A program made the translations under genes and the position numbers. From Felis catus (taxonomy: Eukaryota): 64,000 bases of DNA. Positions 36,791-49,599 of this stretch are shown in pieces. Position 1 is the stretch's first letter. Each line of letters opens with the position of its first letter. The stretch is from NCBI RefSeq assembly GCF_018350175.1, contig NC_058368.1:182902001-182966000 (forward strand), given 5' to 3'. The notes under the pieces are model-generated. The model had not been told where the DNA came from. It made no database searches and saw nothing but the letters and a program-made list of their open reading frames with translations.

Positions 36791-37885
36791 ACCATACATC
36801 TTGAATTTTCACTATGAGTTACTCTATATTGTGTTATTTTCAAATAAGTCCTTTTAGTCTAAGATCCTATAGCAGGTGACTTTATGTCTCAGTGAAAACC
36901 CACATATAGGGAGGGGGATAAGAGTTTATATGACTGCTTCCATTCAATGAGATTAGAGAAAAAGCCCTGTGTTTTACTGCCATGCTAAATAATTTAAGAG
37001 CTGATGTGTGATCCTCAGTGCCAAGGGAGCCATCATGGGGGCTTTGTGTTCTAGATGGTGTATCCACCAACTGAAGAAACATTATACACCTGTGTTCTTT
37101 AGCAGAGTACCTCCACTAACCTAAATAAATATGTAATGTGAATGAAAAATAAGCTTTCATCTACTGTTCATTAAAGAAGTAATATTAATATGTTCCTTCT
37201 CTTCATAATCTCAGTGCCTTCTACCCAGCAGGAGTCCATATAGGTTTCTTTTGTTCCCACAGCTATAATATTTTAAAATGTACCACAGTGAATTGCTATA
37301 TCATATGAGTTTTTATAAATGTAGACACACCCAACACATGCTTATTTTGATACACATCACATTTTCCTTTCTCTTTGTCTTCTTCCATTCACTTTTCTTC
37401 TTTCTTCCCTTGAGAACTGTGTAGTCTGTTGTACACAAAGAAGAACAGAAAACTGTTTACAGAGAATAGAAACAAGAGACTGGATGACCTTGGAGAGACC
37501 CTGACTAAGTATTTTCCTGGATTCCTGAGCAAATGAAGTCTGTGACAGTGAATCCTTGCAATAACTTTCTTTTCTATTATAACCAGCATGAGGATTTTCT
37601 CATCCCGACCTCCAAATGATCCCTATCAGAGTTCTCCAGATGTTCCACACACCTATCCAAAATTTAAGTCACACAAATGTACAATATGTTTTCCAGAGCT
37701 GATATGAAGCAAAAGATGGAAGAAAAGGAAGCAGAGAGTAAATGTAATTACTACAATGTTTATTTAAATATTTATAAAATAATCATTTTAAAATTGTTGT
37801 GTTTGTATGACATGGTAACATTATTGAAGAAGCTAACATTTGGAATATATCTTCTTTGAAATAAAGAAGCAAGTATTCTGTATAT

Positions 37886-37888
<3 letters not shown>

Positions 37889-37922
<34 letters not shown>
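37889..37922. repeat. (CA)n microsatellite
   Basis: Directly visible. Confidence 0.95.
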
Positions 37923-37924
<2 letters not shown>

Positions 37925-39350
37925 CCATGACCTTTTATTCTCATGATATGCTTTAATACATAGAAAGCTAAAATTCTAGCATGAAATATTTACAGTCTTC
38001 GAAACAGTCTCTTTCTTTCTCCCTACCCAATGGTCTATATTTTAGATTCTTAAAACAAAAACAAAACAAAACCCCATACTTTCTTAAAGTTACTTCCCCA
38101 AGTAAGTCTCTTTTTCAGTAGCTGTATGAAGACATAAAGTCACAACTAATCAAAATCCCTTTGTGTAGTGTTTTTTTTTTCATTCATTTTATGATTTCAC
38201 CTTCCCTTTTCCTTAATGCTGTGTCTACTTTCTACTCTAGATTGTAATTTGCTTGAGGGCAGAGGCTGTACTTTCCCTTTGTTGAGCACAAGTATTTTGA
38301 AGAAGCCTGGAGTATTGTGAGCACTCAATAGAATTTTGTTGATGATAGTGATGTTTCTGAAAACGTCTAAGAATAAAAGCAGACAATTCTGGCCTCTGTG
38401 GCCTTCACTTATTTAATCTAAAGTACCTTTCCTTCCTCCCATAAACAGTAATGCACCCAGGCTGCACATATGAAGGGAAGTGAGTCAGAAGAGCAATTCA
38501 TTTTTCCAGTGCCCTTATGTGACTCCATCAATGCCTTAGGAATCTGCTTGAGGATTTATTTTAAGCACATCAGCCATGCAGTTTCCAGACTCCATAAGTA
38601 CAAGATCTGATTCCACTCTCTTCTCAATCCTCATATTCTTAATGCTTAAAAACTGTGCCCTTGCGACTTTTCTGTTAGTTAAGAGATGTACAACATAGGG
38701 GCAAAAATCAATCTTAATTAAGGCGAACTCTGGAATTATGATCGAAGGAAGGTACATTAGCCCAGTGCTTCCAGACCCCCATACACTGTTGTTATTGATG
38801 TTTGGACAGATGGGGAAAGTGAAACAGGAGTCAATACTTCGATCTACTGTGCTCTCTAAGGATCTGAATTTTTAACACATCCATAATGAGTGATGGTGGT
38901 GTTTAATAAATACACAGCAGCCCCTAAGAGTAGCTCTGCGTGTAAAAGACACCAGCAAAGTCCCTGATGCTTCTGGTTGGTAGATAAAAGTAGGCTCAGC
39001 CTGGTAGAATTTAGAAGGAACATCTTTTCCCAATGGCTTTAACATCTAGAGATCCTTTTCACCAAGGTGATTAACTGCTATTCACATAACCTTAGGCTTT
39101 TCTCTTAAGCAAAATTATTTCCTTTAAGATGTTATGAATTCACTTACTTCTCCTATCTAGATATAGTAGACAGGTGTTGCCCCATCCAGTAGACCCTCCC
39201 CCCTTTGTCTACAACTATTATCAGTACAATAATGTCATCTCAGAAGTAATCTACCTGAAGTCTCCAAATCCCCAAATAATGTTAATTAGTTTATGAATGT
39301 CTATCAATTCTCTCTCTTGCAAAACACTTGTTAGAATTCAAGAAGCCTAG

Positions 39351-39559
39351 GGGCACCTGAGTTGCTCAGTAGGTTAAGTCTCCAGCTCTTGGTTTCAGTT
39401 CAGGTCATGATATCATGATGTGTGAGTTCGAGCCTTGCACTGGGCTCTGTATTGACAGTGCAGAGCCTGCTTGGGATTATTTCTCTTTACTTCTCTCTCT
39501 GGCCCTCCCCTGCTCATGCTCTCTGTCTCTCTCAAAATAAATAAATAAACTTAAAAAAA
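39351..39559 (+). mobile_element. Can-SINE
   Basis: Full element; 18-bp TSD agaattcaagaagcctag / agaattcaaaaagcctag (1 mismatch). Confidence 0.95.
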
Positions 39560-40989
39560 AGAATTCAAAAAGCCTAGTTGTTCTTTATAATATAATTGAA
39601 TGAAAGAGGCATTTAATCAGATGGTCCTGTTGGGGTATCTGTCCTTGTCCCTTTTGTATTTGAGATGCAGAGAAACGAACCTAAAGAGAGAAAAAATGAA
39701 AATGTTTCCAGAATGACAAAGAAAATTTCCAGTGGTGAGACAGTGATTCACCTATATCACTAACAACAGCTGAACTGAGGTTTGGCTCTACTTTCTAATC
39801 CTTGGTTTATGAATTGCTCCCATATCCCTTTCATAAATTTTAATTTTCACTTAAGTTGATTTGAATCAGTGTTTGTTTACTGGAACTGAAATATTCCTAA
39901 ATCCATTGCTTCCTTTGTCAAAATTTGCTGAGCTTTCAGCAATCTTTGAGTCACTGTGCTGCTGTCTGGGATATGGAGATAGGAAAGACACTTCTGGGTA
40001 GTTGGGTAGATCACTTGGGTAGTTGGTAAGCCAGATAGTAACACTAATTAAAAAAAATAATAATAATAAATTAACACAATGTTGTAAGTGAAATAAAAGG
40101 ATCAATACAAGATCTGGAAGTTGTTTAGAAAATGAATAGGTTGACAATTTGGAGAAGATATTTAGAGAGGGAGGTAGTATCTGATACAGGTTTTTAATGG
40201 TCAATAGATGTTTTTTAGGTGGATAAAAAGTCTAAGAGCATTCTTTGAAGAAGGAACAGAAGGTGTAAAAACAGAGGCTTAAGAAGGTAATATGTATTCA
40301 ACAATATATATATTATATTATAAATATATATTATATGTAGAATATATATTTCTAGCTGTTGAACACAAATTGTCAGTCAATATAAAAAAACTATGAAAGA
40401 GATAAGGGTCAGATCTTAGCCCATCCTAAAAGGCTTAGACTTATGTTATATTTTAATAGAGAATTTATGGACACATGGACAAAGCTATGCTCACTGCTAA
40501 GGAAAATGCCCCAAAGGAGATTATCTTAAGTAATAATTGTAGTCCAGCAATGGAGGCTAATGGATAAGAATGGTCTCTGAAGTCTCCAAATACCCAGCTG
40601 CTTCTTAGGACCTTATGCAGATTGTTAGAACTCCTATGGCTTGCACAATCCGGCTGTGCACCTAGTACATGTGGATTTGGCAAGCATAAATACTCTACTC
40701 TTGGCTTATGGTCAGCCTATGAATGCCCATTTATCTTTGCTTTTCACTAAACCTCAATAGGTCTCTGGAAAAGGGAGGGATTTTGCAGGTAGGGAGTAAT
40801 CTGCTTTGGCTTAAAGAGATTGAATCCATCTGTCTATGATGAACATTTTCCCAGTTTTCTCATACAGCATTGATTACTCCAAGAAAATTGAGAAATCTTT
40901 CAAGAGAGAGTTATTTTAGAAAGTATCATATATCATAGACTACATAGAAATAGTAATAATTTGTATCACTATTATAAGTTATAATAGTG

Positions 40990-41180
40990 ACTAATTTTAT
41001 ATTAAGCCCTTACTAGGTGTCAGGTACTGTGTTAAGTGCTAATATATATTTTCAGTTAATCTTTTCAACAATTCTCTAAGGTATATCCAATTGTTGACCC
41101 CAATTTACAGATGATGATACAAAAACTAAAGATATTAACTAACTAGACAATTTCATACAACCAAAAAGTGTTAGAAACTC
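40990..41180 (-). mobile_element. MIR fragment
   Basis: ttactaggtgtcaggtactgtgttaagtgct...ccccaatttacagatgatgatac. Confidence 0.7.
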
Positions 41181-41442
41181 TCTATATATTATTTCTAGTT
41201 TTCATAATGCTGTTAAATGTATTAATACCTTTACAAAAATTTTTATTGGTTAAAAAAACACACACAAAAAAACAAAACCAGACTCTAAGGACTAGGTAAT
41301 AGGTACTATTTATGAAAAGCTGTTCCTGGTGCTTTGTGTTACCACATTTAATCGTCATAAATACTCCATTAAGCTGATATTATTGTTATCTCCACAAAGG
41401 GATTAAAAACAGGATTTGAAGACTCTGTCAATAACAATTAGC

Positions 41443-41955
41443 ATCTGGAAAAATAATGGCTCTCCAAAGATATATATCCTGATCCCCCAAACATATCAAT
41501 GTGTTAGTTTATGTGGCAAAGGGGAATTAAGACTGTAGATGAAATTAAGGTTGCTAATCAAATGACCTTAAAATAGCTAGATCATCTGGGGTTATCCAGG
41601 TGGTTCCAATGTAATCACAAGGGTTTTTAAGAGTAGAAGAAGGTTCAAAAACAAACAAACAAACAAACAAACAAACAAAAAAACAAAAAACTGAACTAGA
41701 GAGATGCCAGTGTAGGCTTGAAGATGAAAGAAGAAGCTCTCGGTCAAGGTAAATATGTGGTCTCTAGAAGCTGGAGAAGGCAAGGAAATTAATTCTCCCA
41801 GAGGCACTCCAGAAAGGAAAGTACCCTGACAAAACTTTGATCTTGCCCAGTGAGATCCATTTCAGACTCTTGTTCTTATAGAAATGTAAGATAATAAATG
41901 TTGTTTAAGCCACTAAATTTGTGGTTTGTCAAAGCTGCCATAGAAAATGAATACA
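41443..41955 (+). mobile_element. MaLR solo LTR (MLT1D-like) with internal (AAAC)n
   Basis: tggcaaaggggaattaag, attaaggttgctaatca, ctctagaagctggagaaggcaaggaa, taagccactaaatttgtgg, ending atagaaaatgaataca. Confidence 0.85.
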
Positions 41956-42804
41956 ACATTTTACTATCATATTGACATTTAATTTCTACATCAGCCTCCC
42001 AACTTTGAAACTATTATTTCTATTTTATAAATAGGAGAATTGAAACTTTGATTCTTTAATTAACATAGGAAACAGGAACCTGCTTTCCCTGATTCTGAAA
42101 CTTACGGGCACAAATCGTATTTTGGGTGACCCAATAATTCAATAAAGTTTCTAGAGAAACTTTTGGTTGATTTATAATTGGGTATTTTAAAGCAATAAAT
42201 AGTTCTCTAAATTCCTTAACTTTACTCTCAACCATTTCTCATATTGAACTGTAGAATTTTGTTGTTCCTTAGAGATATACTAAGAGTAGGAGGGATTTAA
42301 AGATAAGTGCCTATAATATTACATTTTATCCTTTCCCCAAAACTCAAAATTTCAGTGAAAAAAAGTGTTGCATGCTCTGATGCTATCTAGAAGTAGTAAG
42401 GAATTAATGGAATTTCTTCCACAAACCCACTCTGCTCTAATGCCCCGAATTGCTTCCTAGTAGCCAAATGAATTTTCAGGCTTCTAGGTACCTAACTTAT
42501 TCCACCTGTGAGTTACCTGAACAGATAAGGAACTGTACTACAATAGTGTTTCATTCTGTATACTGAAGAGTAATTTTTCAGGTAAAAAAGACCTAAGGAA
42601 ACAAACTACAAATGTTTCTAGTATTCATTACTCAGAAATTTCTTTTAAAGATACTAGGTTATCTTTATAATGCATTTTTCCCTCAAAAAATTATAAGACT
42701 TATGATTTTTGTGGGGCTGAGGAAAGAAATAAAAGTGCCTTCATCTATATGACACATCTATTCTTTAGTGGGAAAGGGCAAAATATAGTTCCTTTTAGAA
42801 AAAC

Positions 42805-42807
<3 letters not shown>

Positions 42808-42839
<32 letters not shown>
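42808..42839. repeat. (TG)n microsatellite
   Basis: Directly visible. Confidence 0.95.
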
Positions 42840-42841
<2 letters not shown>

Positions 42842-43284
42842 TATTTTATTGCAGTATCACCTTACTCACCGTCATCCATCTATCCATCAATTCAATGCAT
42901 ATTTTCTAAATTAACATATGCAAGTCACTTCATTTTACGTTCAAAAGTACAGTTATATAGTGTGTAACCTTAAGAGGTTTGCAAAGTATTAGAATAGGTA
43001 AATTAACAATTGCAATAGTGTATTAAATGAGAATTGGAAAAATTTAAGTTTTGCTAAATACAGTAGTTGTTACCTATAGGAATCAATAACGTATCCAAAA
43101 TAGCTTCAAATTAGAGAAATAAAGCATCCTTTGAATATGAAAACACAATAGCAATGAGTATAAGATGAGAATGAAAATAGTTACTTTATAGGAGGAAAAT
43201 GATGGCTTTCTGGCTGAAATTAGAATTAAATTAATTAATTACCAACAATTAATTACCATAAAATTAACTAATTACCAGAATAAA

Positions 43285-45112
43285 ATTCTGGTTCTGAGTA
43301 AATTGTAGTATACTCCATCCTCTTTCTCCCAATGAATACAAATATAATACTTGAACAAATGCATGAAGCAAGTATGTTAGGGGACTCTGAAAAGTAAAAA
43401 GTAACAGGCAAATTGGAGTAAGAGGCCAGAATTCAAAATACCACTGAACTAGTGATGAAGTTAGTATTTTTCCTCTCCATTATCCCCTTGCCTAAACTCA
43501 ATGAACCAGAACCAGGTAATGGAGAACAGAAAAAGGAAGCTATAGAAAAAGACTTCTATGACTGGCTAAAGGAGTAAGAAAATGAACATCTAATTCTCAT
43601 AGGAAATGTGAAAAATCCCCTATTTTTGCCCCAAATTTTAAGCAATTCCATTGTGGCAGCAGCATCCAGTAGTAATAGCAGTTTGTAGGAGTTAAACATC
43701 TGAAAGTAAGGAATCTTCCTTACCAGTTGGTAGAACTGTGGTTCCAAGAGAGTGAGATGGATTATTGTTACATTACTTTTCTCTCTGGCTTCCCTTGCTT
43801 GACCATGGATGTGGGCACACTTGTAGAAACGCATTGCAGAATAGGATAACTAACACCAGATTTCTAAACAGAAGGCAGAAAAGACGAGGCCCAGGGAATT
43901 AGAAAATAATGGAAAGGTTACAGAGAGGGAGAAGCTTAGAAAAGCATCCTCATAAAGTTGTTTATGAGATCCTGAGTTTACACCCAAAAACCACATGCAA
44001 GGATTTGTGCTATTCAGTGAAGGAAAGCCTTTGACTGCCAAACCAGACTAACCCCCATGCCCCAGTTGACCAGTGGCTGATGTATACACAGGACAGAATG
44101 TCACTGTCATCTGAATGTCACTGCAAAGACTTAAAAAAAAAAAATGAACTGATATTGGAACCACAGTCCAAAGAAAGCAGTATGGAATTGTGACACGAAC
44201 ATAACTAAATTGACCACCTGATATAGCAAGAATATAAATATTCTCCATTAGATTTAAACAAGACTTGAGTGTTAGGACGTAATATTCATAATGTTCAGGA
44301 TATACTTCATTATTACTCAATATAAAGAACCAGAAAAATCTAATCTTGCATAAAAAAAAATCAATAGATGCCTAACAGATATCACAAAAACTTAACCCAC
44401 CTACTATAAAAATGCCCAACAAGTAAATGAGCCCTCTGTTAAATCGAATAGAAAAACAAAACTTCTGGGGCGCCTGGGTGGTCTGGTCGGTTAAGCGTCC
44501 GACTTCCACTCAGGTCATGATCTCACAGTCCGTGAGTTCGAGCCCCAAGTCGGGCTCTGTGCTGACCGCTCAGAGCCTGGAACATGTATCAGATTCTGTG
44601 TCTCCCTCTCTCTCTGCCCCTCCCCTGTTCATGCTCTGTCTCTCTCTGTCTCAAAAATAAATAAACGTTAAAATTTAATAAAAATAAAAAAAGAAAAACA
44701 AAACTTCTCAGTAAATAAATTTAAAAAAATAAGAATGCAAAAATAAATGGATAGTTTAGAATTGAAAAATTCAATAACAAAAATGGGCTGAATGTGGTTG
44801 ATACCAGAATAGGGATGACAAAGGAAAGAGTTGGAAAACTTGAAGTTAAAATAATAGAAATTATGCAGTCTGGAAAACAAAAGAAAACACACAGGAAAAA
44901 ATAAAGAGGATCTCAGTAATTTATAGGATAATAACAAATAATTAAAGGTCCAATTTTTGTGTAATTAGAATAAAGTATTTGATAAATAACAACAACAACA
45001 ACTTTAAAGATTCATAAAGCTCAGCATATATCAAACAACAGGAGAAACCTAAAAGAAAAAAAAAGTTTACAACCAGAGACATCAAAATAAAACAGTTAAA
45101 AACTAAAAACAA
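43285..45112 (+). mobile_element. Old L1M 5' region / ORF1 remnant
   Basis: A-rich sense strand with decayed ORF1 phrases (tttagaattgaaaaattcaataaca, aaacttgaagttaaaataatagaaattatgcagtctg, agattcataaagctcagca). Confidence 0.6.
44467..44691 (+). mobile_element. SINEC_Fc
   Basis: Full element; perfect 17-bp TSD agaaaaacaaaacttct (44450-44466 / 44692-44708). Confidence 0.97.
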
Positions 45113-47163
45113 ACAGGAGGAACTTCTGGGAAGATGGCAGAGTGTCAGGACATTAGGCTCACCTTGTCCCATGGCTACAACTAGAAAACACTTGCATTAG
45201 TGTAAATAACCCAGAAAATGACTCCAAGACTGGCAGAGCAAAAATCCACAACTAAATGTAGAGAAGGGGCTACATCAAGGAGGGTAGGAAGAGCAGACAT
45301 GCAGTCAGGAACTAAACAGCTACCCAGGACTGTCCACAGGAGGAGAGGATGCTGCAGCACAGAAAAAGGAGAGAAACAAACCCCCACACTGGGAATCCTG
45401 CATGGAGAAGATGAATCCCACAACATTTGGCTTTGAAAACCAGAGAGAATAAATTTTATGAGTTCTTAAAATCAGTGGGACTTAAAACCTTTTCTTTCTT
45501 TCTTTCTTTCTTCTTCTTCTTCTTCTTCTTCTTCTTCTTCTTCTTCTTCTTCTTCTTCTTCTTCTTTTAATAGAAATACCAGTGGGCTCTGCTCTGGGAC
45601 ATCTGGGAAGGCAAGAGGAAACTGAGCCCCAGCCCTTAAAAAGACAGCACAACAAATAGCCCATGGAAATACAGCATAGAAGCAGCAGTTTGAAAGGTGC
45701 CTGGGGCATATGGAAGAGAGTTATTTACTAACTTTGGAGTATGTCCTGTAAGAATAGAAATCACTGAGGAACCCTCCATGGAGGGGCCACTTCCCTCCCC
45801 TGTCCCCTTGTGTAAACACCTGCAGGACTCCCTATCTAACTTGCTAGCACCACTGCCCCACTGCCTCACTGCCTCAGTGCATTGTGCTTCCACTAATCCA
45901 TCCCCCTGGGTAGTCTGCTTCAGTTCTGGCACTCTAGGGCTCCTCACAGAGAGGACTTTGGTGCACAAAGCTTGCTAGTGCTGCCACCTGGTCACACTGT
46001 CCCCCACTCATTCTTTAGTGAATCTGATCCTTTAAATATGCTCTTGTCCAGAGCCCATACAGGGTGTTACCACAAACCTGACAGTGGCCCTACAGTGGCC
46101 AGCACCACTCCAAAATGACTCTTGTCCTGAACAGAGGGGAAGATAACCAAATACACAAGACAAATGAAGCCATCAGCAATGTGCTGAAGGAAGACATCTG
46201 GTCTGACTATAGGCCCTGCCCACCAATGAAAAGTTCTCAGGGAACAACACATGGAAAGTGCCCTGCAATTTGGTGCTATTGCATCTCTGGCAACCACTTG
46301 GTATGACTCAACTAAAGGCCAAGGTGTCCTCAGACTGACCCACTAACACCATAGGGAATAAACACTATCCACAACAGGCAAAGAGAGCCAGTGAAGATGA
46401 CTGGACTGAAGAAAACAGCAAGGCACACACAACACACATAGGAGACACATTTGAAGCTCCAGGTTCTAGTGAACAGGGAACACTGCATAGCAGGGCACTA
46501 CAGAACCTCTTTTTCAAAAGGCCGTTGCTTTCAAGTGCAGGAGACATAGCTGTATTTCCTAACACATGGAAACAGATACAGAGAGTTAGACAAAATAAGG
46601 AGACAGAGGAATATGTCCCAAACTAGAACAAAATCACAGTAACAGAGCTAAATGAAATGAAGATCAGTAATATGCCTAACAGAGAATTTAAAATAATGAA
46701 TAGGAAGATATTCACTGGACTTGAGAAAAGAGTGGAGGACATCAGTAAGACCCTTAACAATGAGATAAAAAAAAGAACCAATCAGAGATAAAGAAAACAA
46801 TAAAGAATGAATCAGTGACCTGGAGGACAGAGTAATGGAAAGTAATTAAGCTGAAGAGGTGAGAGGGGAAAAAAATGTTATGCAAAATAAGAACAGATTT
46901 AGGGAACTCAGCAACACCATCAAGTATAATAACATTTGTATTATAGGGATTGCAGAAGAAGAAAAAGAAAGAATGCAGAAAACTTATTTGATGAAATAAT
47001 AGCTGAAAACTTCTTGAATCTGAGGAAGAAAACAGAAATCCAGACCCAGGAGGTATAGAGGTTTCCCCAACAAAATCAACACAAGGAGGTCCACATCAAG
47101 ACACACTGTAATTAAGATGGCAAAAAGTAGAGATAAAGAGAGAATTTTAAAAGCAGCAAAAGA
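45113..47163 (+). mobile_element. Carnivore L1 5'UTR plus partial ORF1, 3' part missing
   Basis: 5' end gggaagatggcagag...ctcaccttgtccc; GC-richer UTR; ORF1 remnant from ~46595 (tgcctaacagagaatttaaa, atagctgaaaacttc, aattttaaaagcagcaa) ending abruptly at a SINE. Confidence 0.85.
45490..45566. repeat. (TTTC)n-(TTC)n repeat within the L1 5'UTR
   Basis: Directly visible. Confidence 0.95.
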
Positions 47164-47365
47164 GGAGTGCCTGAGTGGCTCAGTTGGTTAAGTGTCTGAC
47201 TTTAGATCATGATCTTGCAGTTCATGGATTCAAGCCCTGAATTGGGCTTTGGCTGACAACTCAGAGCCTGAAGCCTGCTTCAGATTCTGTGTATCCTTCT
47301 CTCTACCCCTCCTCTGCTCATGCTCTCTCTCTCTCAAAAATAAGTAGCATTATAAAAACATTAAA
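47164..47365 (+). mobile_element. SINEC_Fc-like at L1 junction
   Basis: gagtgcctgagtggctcagttggtt head, ctcagagcctgaagcctg, A tail; only a short aaaagag is shared by the flanks. Confidence 0.92.
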
Positions 47366-47405
47366 AAAAGAGACAAGTATCATCAACATGGAGTAAAAAG
47401 TATAA

Positions 47406-47602
47406 GGGGTGACTGGGTGGCTCAGTCAGTTAAGCATCTGACTCTTGATTTCAGCTCAGGTCATGATATTACAGTTTGTGGATTCGAGCCCCACCTGAGG
47501 CTCTACGCTGACAGCACAGAGCTTGCTTGGAATTCTCTCTCTCCTCTCTCTCTGCCTCTACCCCACTCTCACTATCTCTCAAAATACATAAATAAACTTA
47601 AG
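47406..47602 (+). mobile_element. Can-SINE
   Basis: ggggtgactgggtggctcagtcagtt head, B box gattcgagcc, tail. Confidence 0.92.
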
Positions 47603-48485
47603 AAACAAAAATACAGACCATATATATACTCTATAAGAAACCTAGTTCACATATAATGATATAGGTAGGGTGAACAGTGAACTTACACTTTATGTAGTTG
47701 TTGACATCCACATATGATGCCTTGAATAGTCTCAACGATCGTTGTATTATGCAGAGTGACAGTGTAAGAGCACATGGTTACAAGATGAGGATGCCAAATG
47801 GAAATGTGGGATAAAATTTGATAGTTATTGAGCTATATGGCTAACCAATTCTGTAAACTTTCTATTAACTATTTGATTTGTGAGATATAAATGCTCTTAT
47901 ATTTAGTAACTGCTTGTTGGATTTTTTATGTTAGCTGGAGAAGAAAATGTCCCAAAAGAAATAGGTTCATTTTTCTATAATAACCTATTGATAAATTTCT
48001 AGATTTGGGATAAAGAAACTGAAGAGTACAACATCTTAACAGTTGGGTTTAGATTCAAATATCTATAATTCTTATAGGACATGGATGATAAAATGAGAAT
48101 TAATAGTCTCAAAAATTAATAAAAATTTAAAAAAGAAAGAAAAGTAATAGAAAAAAAGAAAACAAAATACTATCTTGTAATGCATCAAAAACATTTATGG
48201 CATTTTAAAATGATATTACAATATAGGATAGTAGAAAGGACTTTTGATCTAGCAACTTGGGGACCTGAATTCTTGTCCTCATTTTTTTCATTAAGTGTAT
48301 GATCATTGGTGAATAAAATAATTTTTCTGCCTCAATTAATGATTTGTTAAACTGAGGGGTTTTATTATATATTCTCTAGGTCTTTTTCTGTTTATAAGCA
48401 TATGATTTTGGTTCTGTTTTAATTAGTAACAATAAATTGTAAATGAAATGTGTTAGTGTTGTGCCTCTTATATGCTTTCCTTAAT

Positions 48486-48910
48486 GGAGAAGAAGAAGAA
48501 GAAGAAGAAGAAGAAGAAGAAGAAGAAGAAGACAATAACGATGATGGAGGAGGAGGAGGAGGGAAGGCGGAGAAGAGTAAGGAGAAGTAGTAGAAAAAGA
48601 AAGAGGAGGAGGGGGAAAGGAGGAGGGGGGAAGAGGAAAGAAGAACAAGAAGAAAAGAAGAAGAAGAAGAAGAAGAAGACTATGACGACAACAATGAGGA
48701 TGACAGACGAGGAGGGAAGGAGAAGAAGGGGAAGAAGAAGGGGAAAGAGAAGAGGAAGGAGAAGTAGTAGAAAAAGAAGGAGGAGGAGGGGGAGGAGGAG
48801 GAAAGAAGAACAAGAAGAAAAGAAGAAGAAGAAGGAGGAGGAGGAGGGAAGGAGGAGGAAAAGGAGGAGGGGAGAAGGGGAAGGTGGAGGAGGATGAGAA
48901 AGAGGAAGAT
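48486..48910. repeat. Polypurine (GAA)n/(GGA)n tract with higher-order duplication
   Basis: Nearly all A/G; blocks aaggagaagtagtagaaaaaga and gaggaaagaagaacaagaagaaaagaagaag each occur twice. Confidence 0.95.
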
Positions 48911-49031
48911 GACTGGTATAGCAAATATATTGTGATAAAAATGCTCTAAGCATAAATAGGAAAAAATATATATATGTATATATGTAAATTAAAAATAATT
49001 TATATATTTGTATATAATTTATATATTATAT

Positions 49032-49353
49032 AAATTAAAAATAGTAATAAAATTATACTAAATGTTGAATTTTTTCTGTCATGTTTATGGGAGGTGTACT
49101 ATTCAAACATGTATAATATATGTTATATAACATATTTTATGGGAGGTGTAATAGTCAAACATGTACAATATATGTTATATTTAACATATATTTAACATAT
49201 ATTTAACATATGTTATATAACATATATTATACATGTTTGACTATTACACATCCCATAAAAATGACATATTATACATGTTTGAATAGTACATCTCCCATAA
49301 ACATGAAAGAAAAAATTCAACATTTAGTATAATTTTATTACTATTTTTAATTT
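49032..49353. repeat. Long AT-rich inverted repeat (near-palindrome)
   Basis: aaattaaaaatagtaataaaattatactaaatgttgaattttttct from 49032 is the reverse complement of the sequence ending at 49353; symmetry continues inward to a TA-rich centre. Confidence 0.95.
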
Positions 49354-49599
49354 GGAAAACATTCTCAAATGATGCAGACTGACATCTCCATTAATTGGTC
49401 TGCGTTCTTCAGTGGTAATGTCAGTTTATTAAACATGAACTTTTTAGTAGAAATGCTTAAAAACTATGAACTCTAAATCTGACAGGTGACTATGAACATT
49501 CACTATTAATGAACTGAGATGTAAATGTAAATAATGCATCTGTCTAAACTTTAAAAATTAGAAAATTGCAGAATTTATTTCAAATGGTCAACATTTATT

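Noticed and set aside
38536..38860. Unique stretch with a few CpGs and a 73-aa ORF
   Set aside because: Could not assign it to an exon or repeat family; no convincing splice-site pair.
43220..43285. Three taattacca repeats
   Set aside because: Short AT-rich slippage at a repeat boundary; no evidence of function.
45490..48530. Complementary (TTC)n and (GAA)n tracts 3 kb apart
   Set aside because: Common independent microsatellites; flanks share no homology.
48468..48953. Three ORFs of 141-161 aa (poly-K/E/R and poly-L/F/S)
   Set aside because: Translations of the GAA/GGA tract; stop-free only because of low complexity.
49084..49300. Repeated ~50-bp units resembling a CRISPR-like array
   Set aside because: Only two direct and two inverted copies, no unique spacers, no cas genes, mammalian context.
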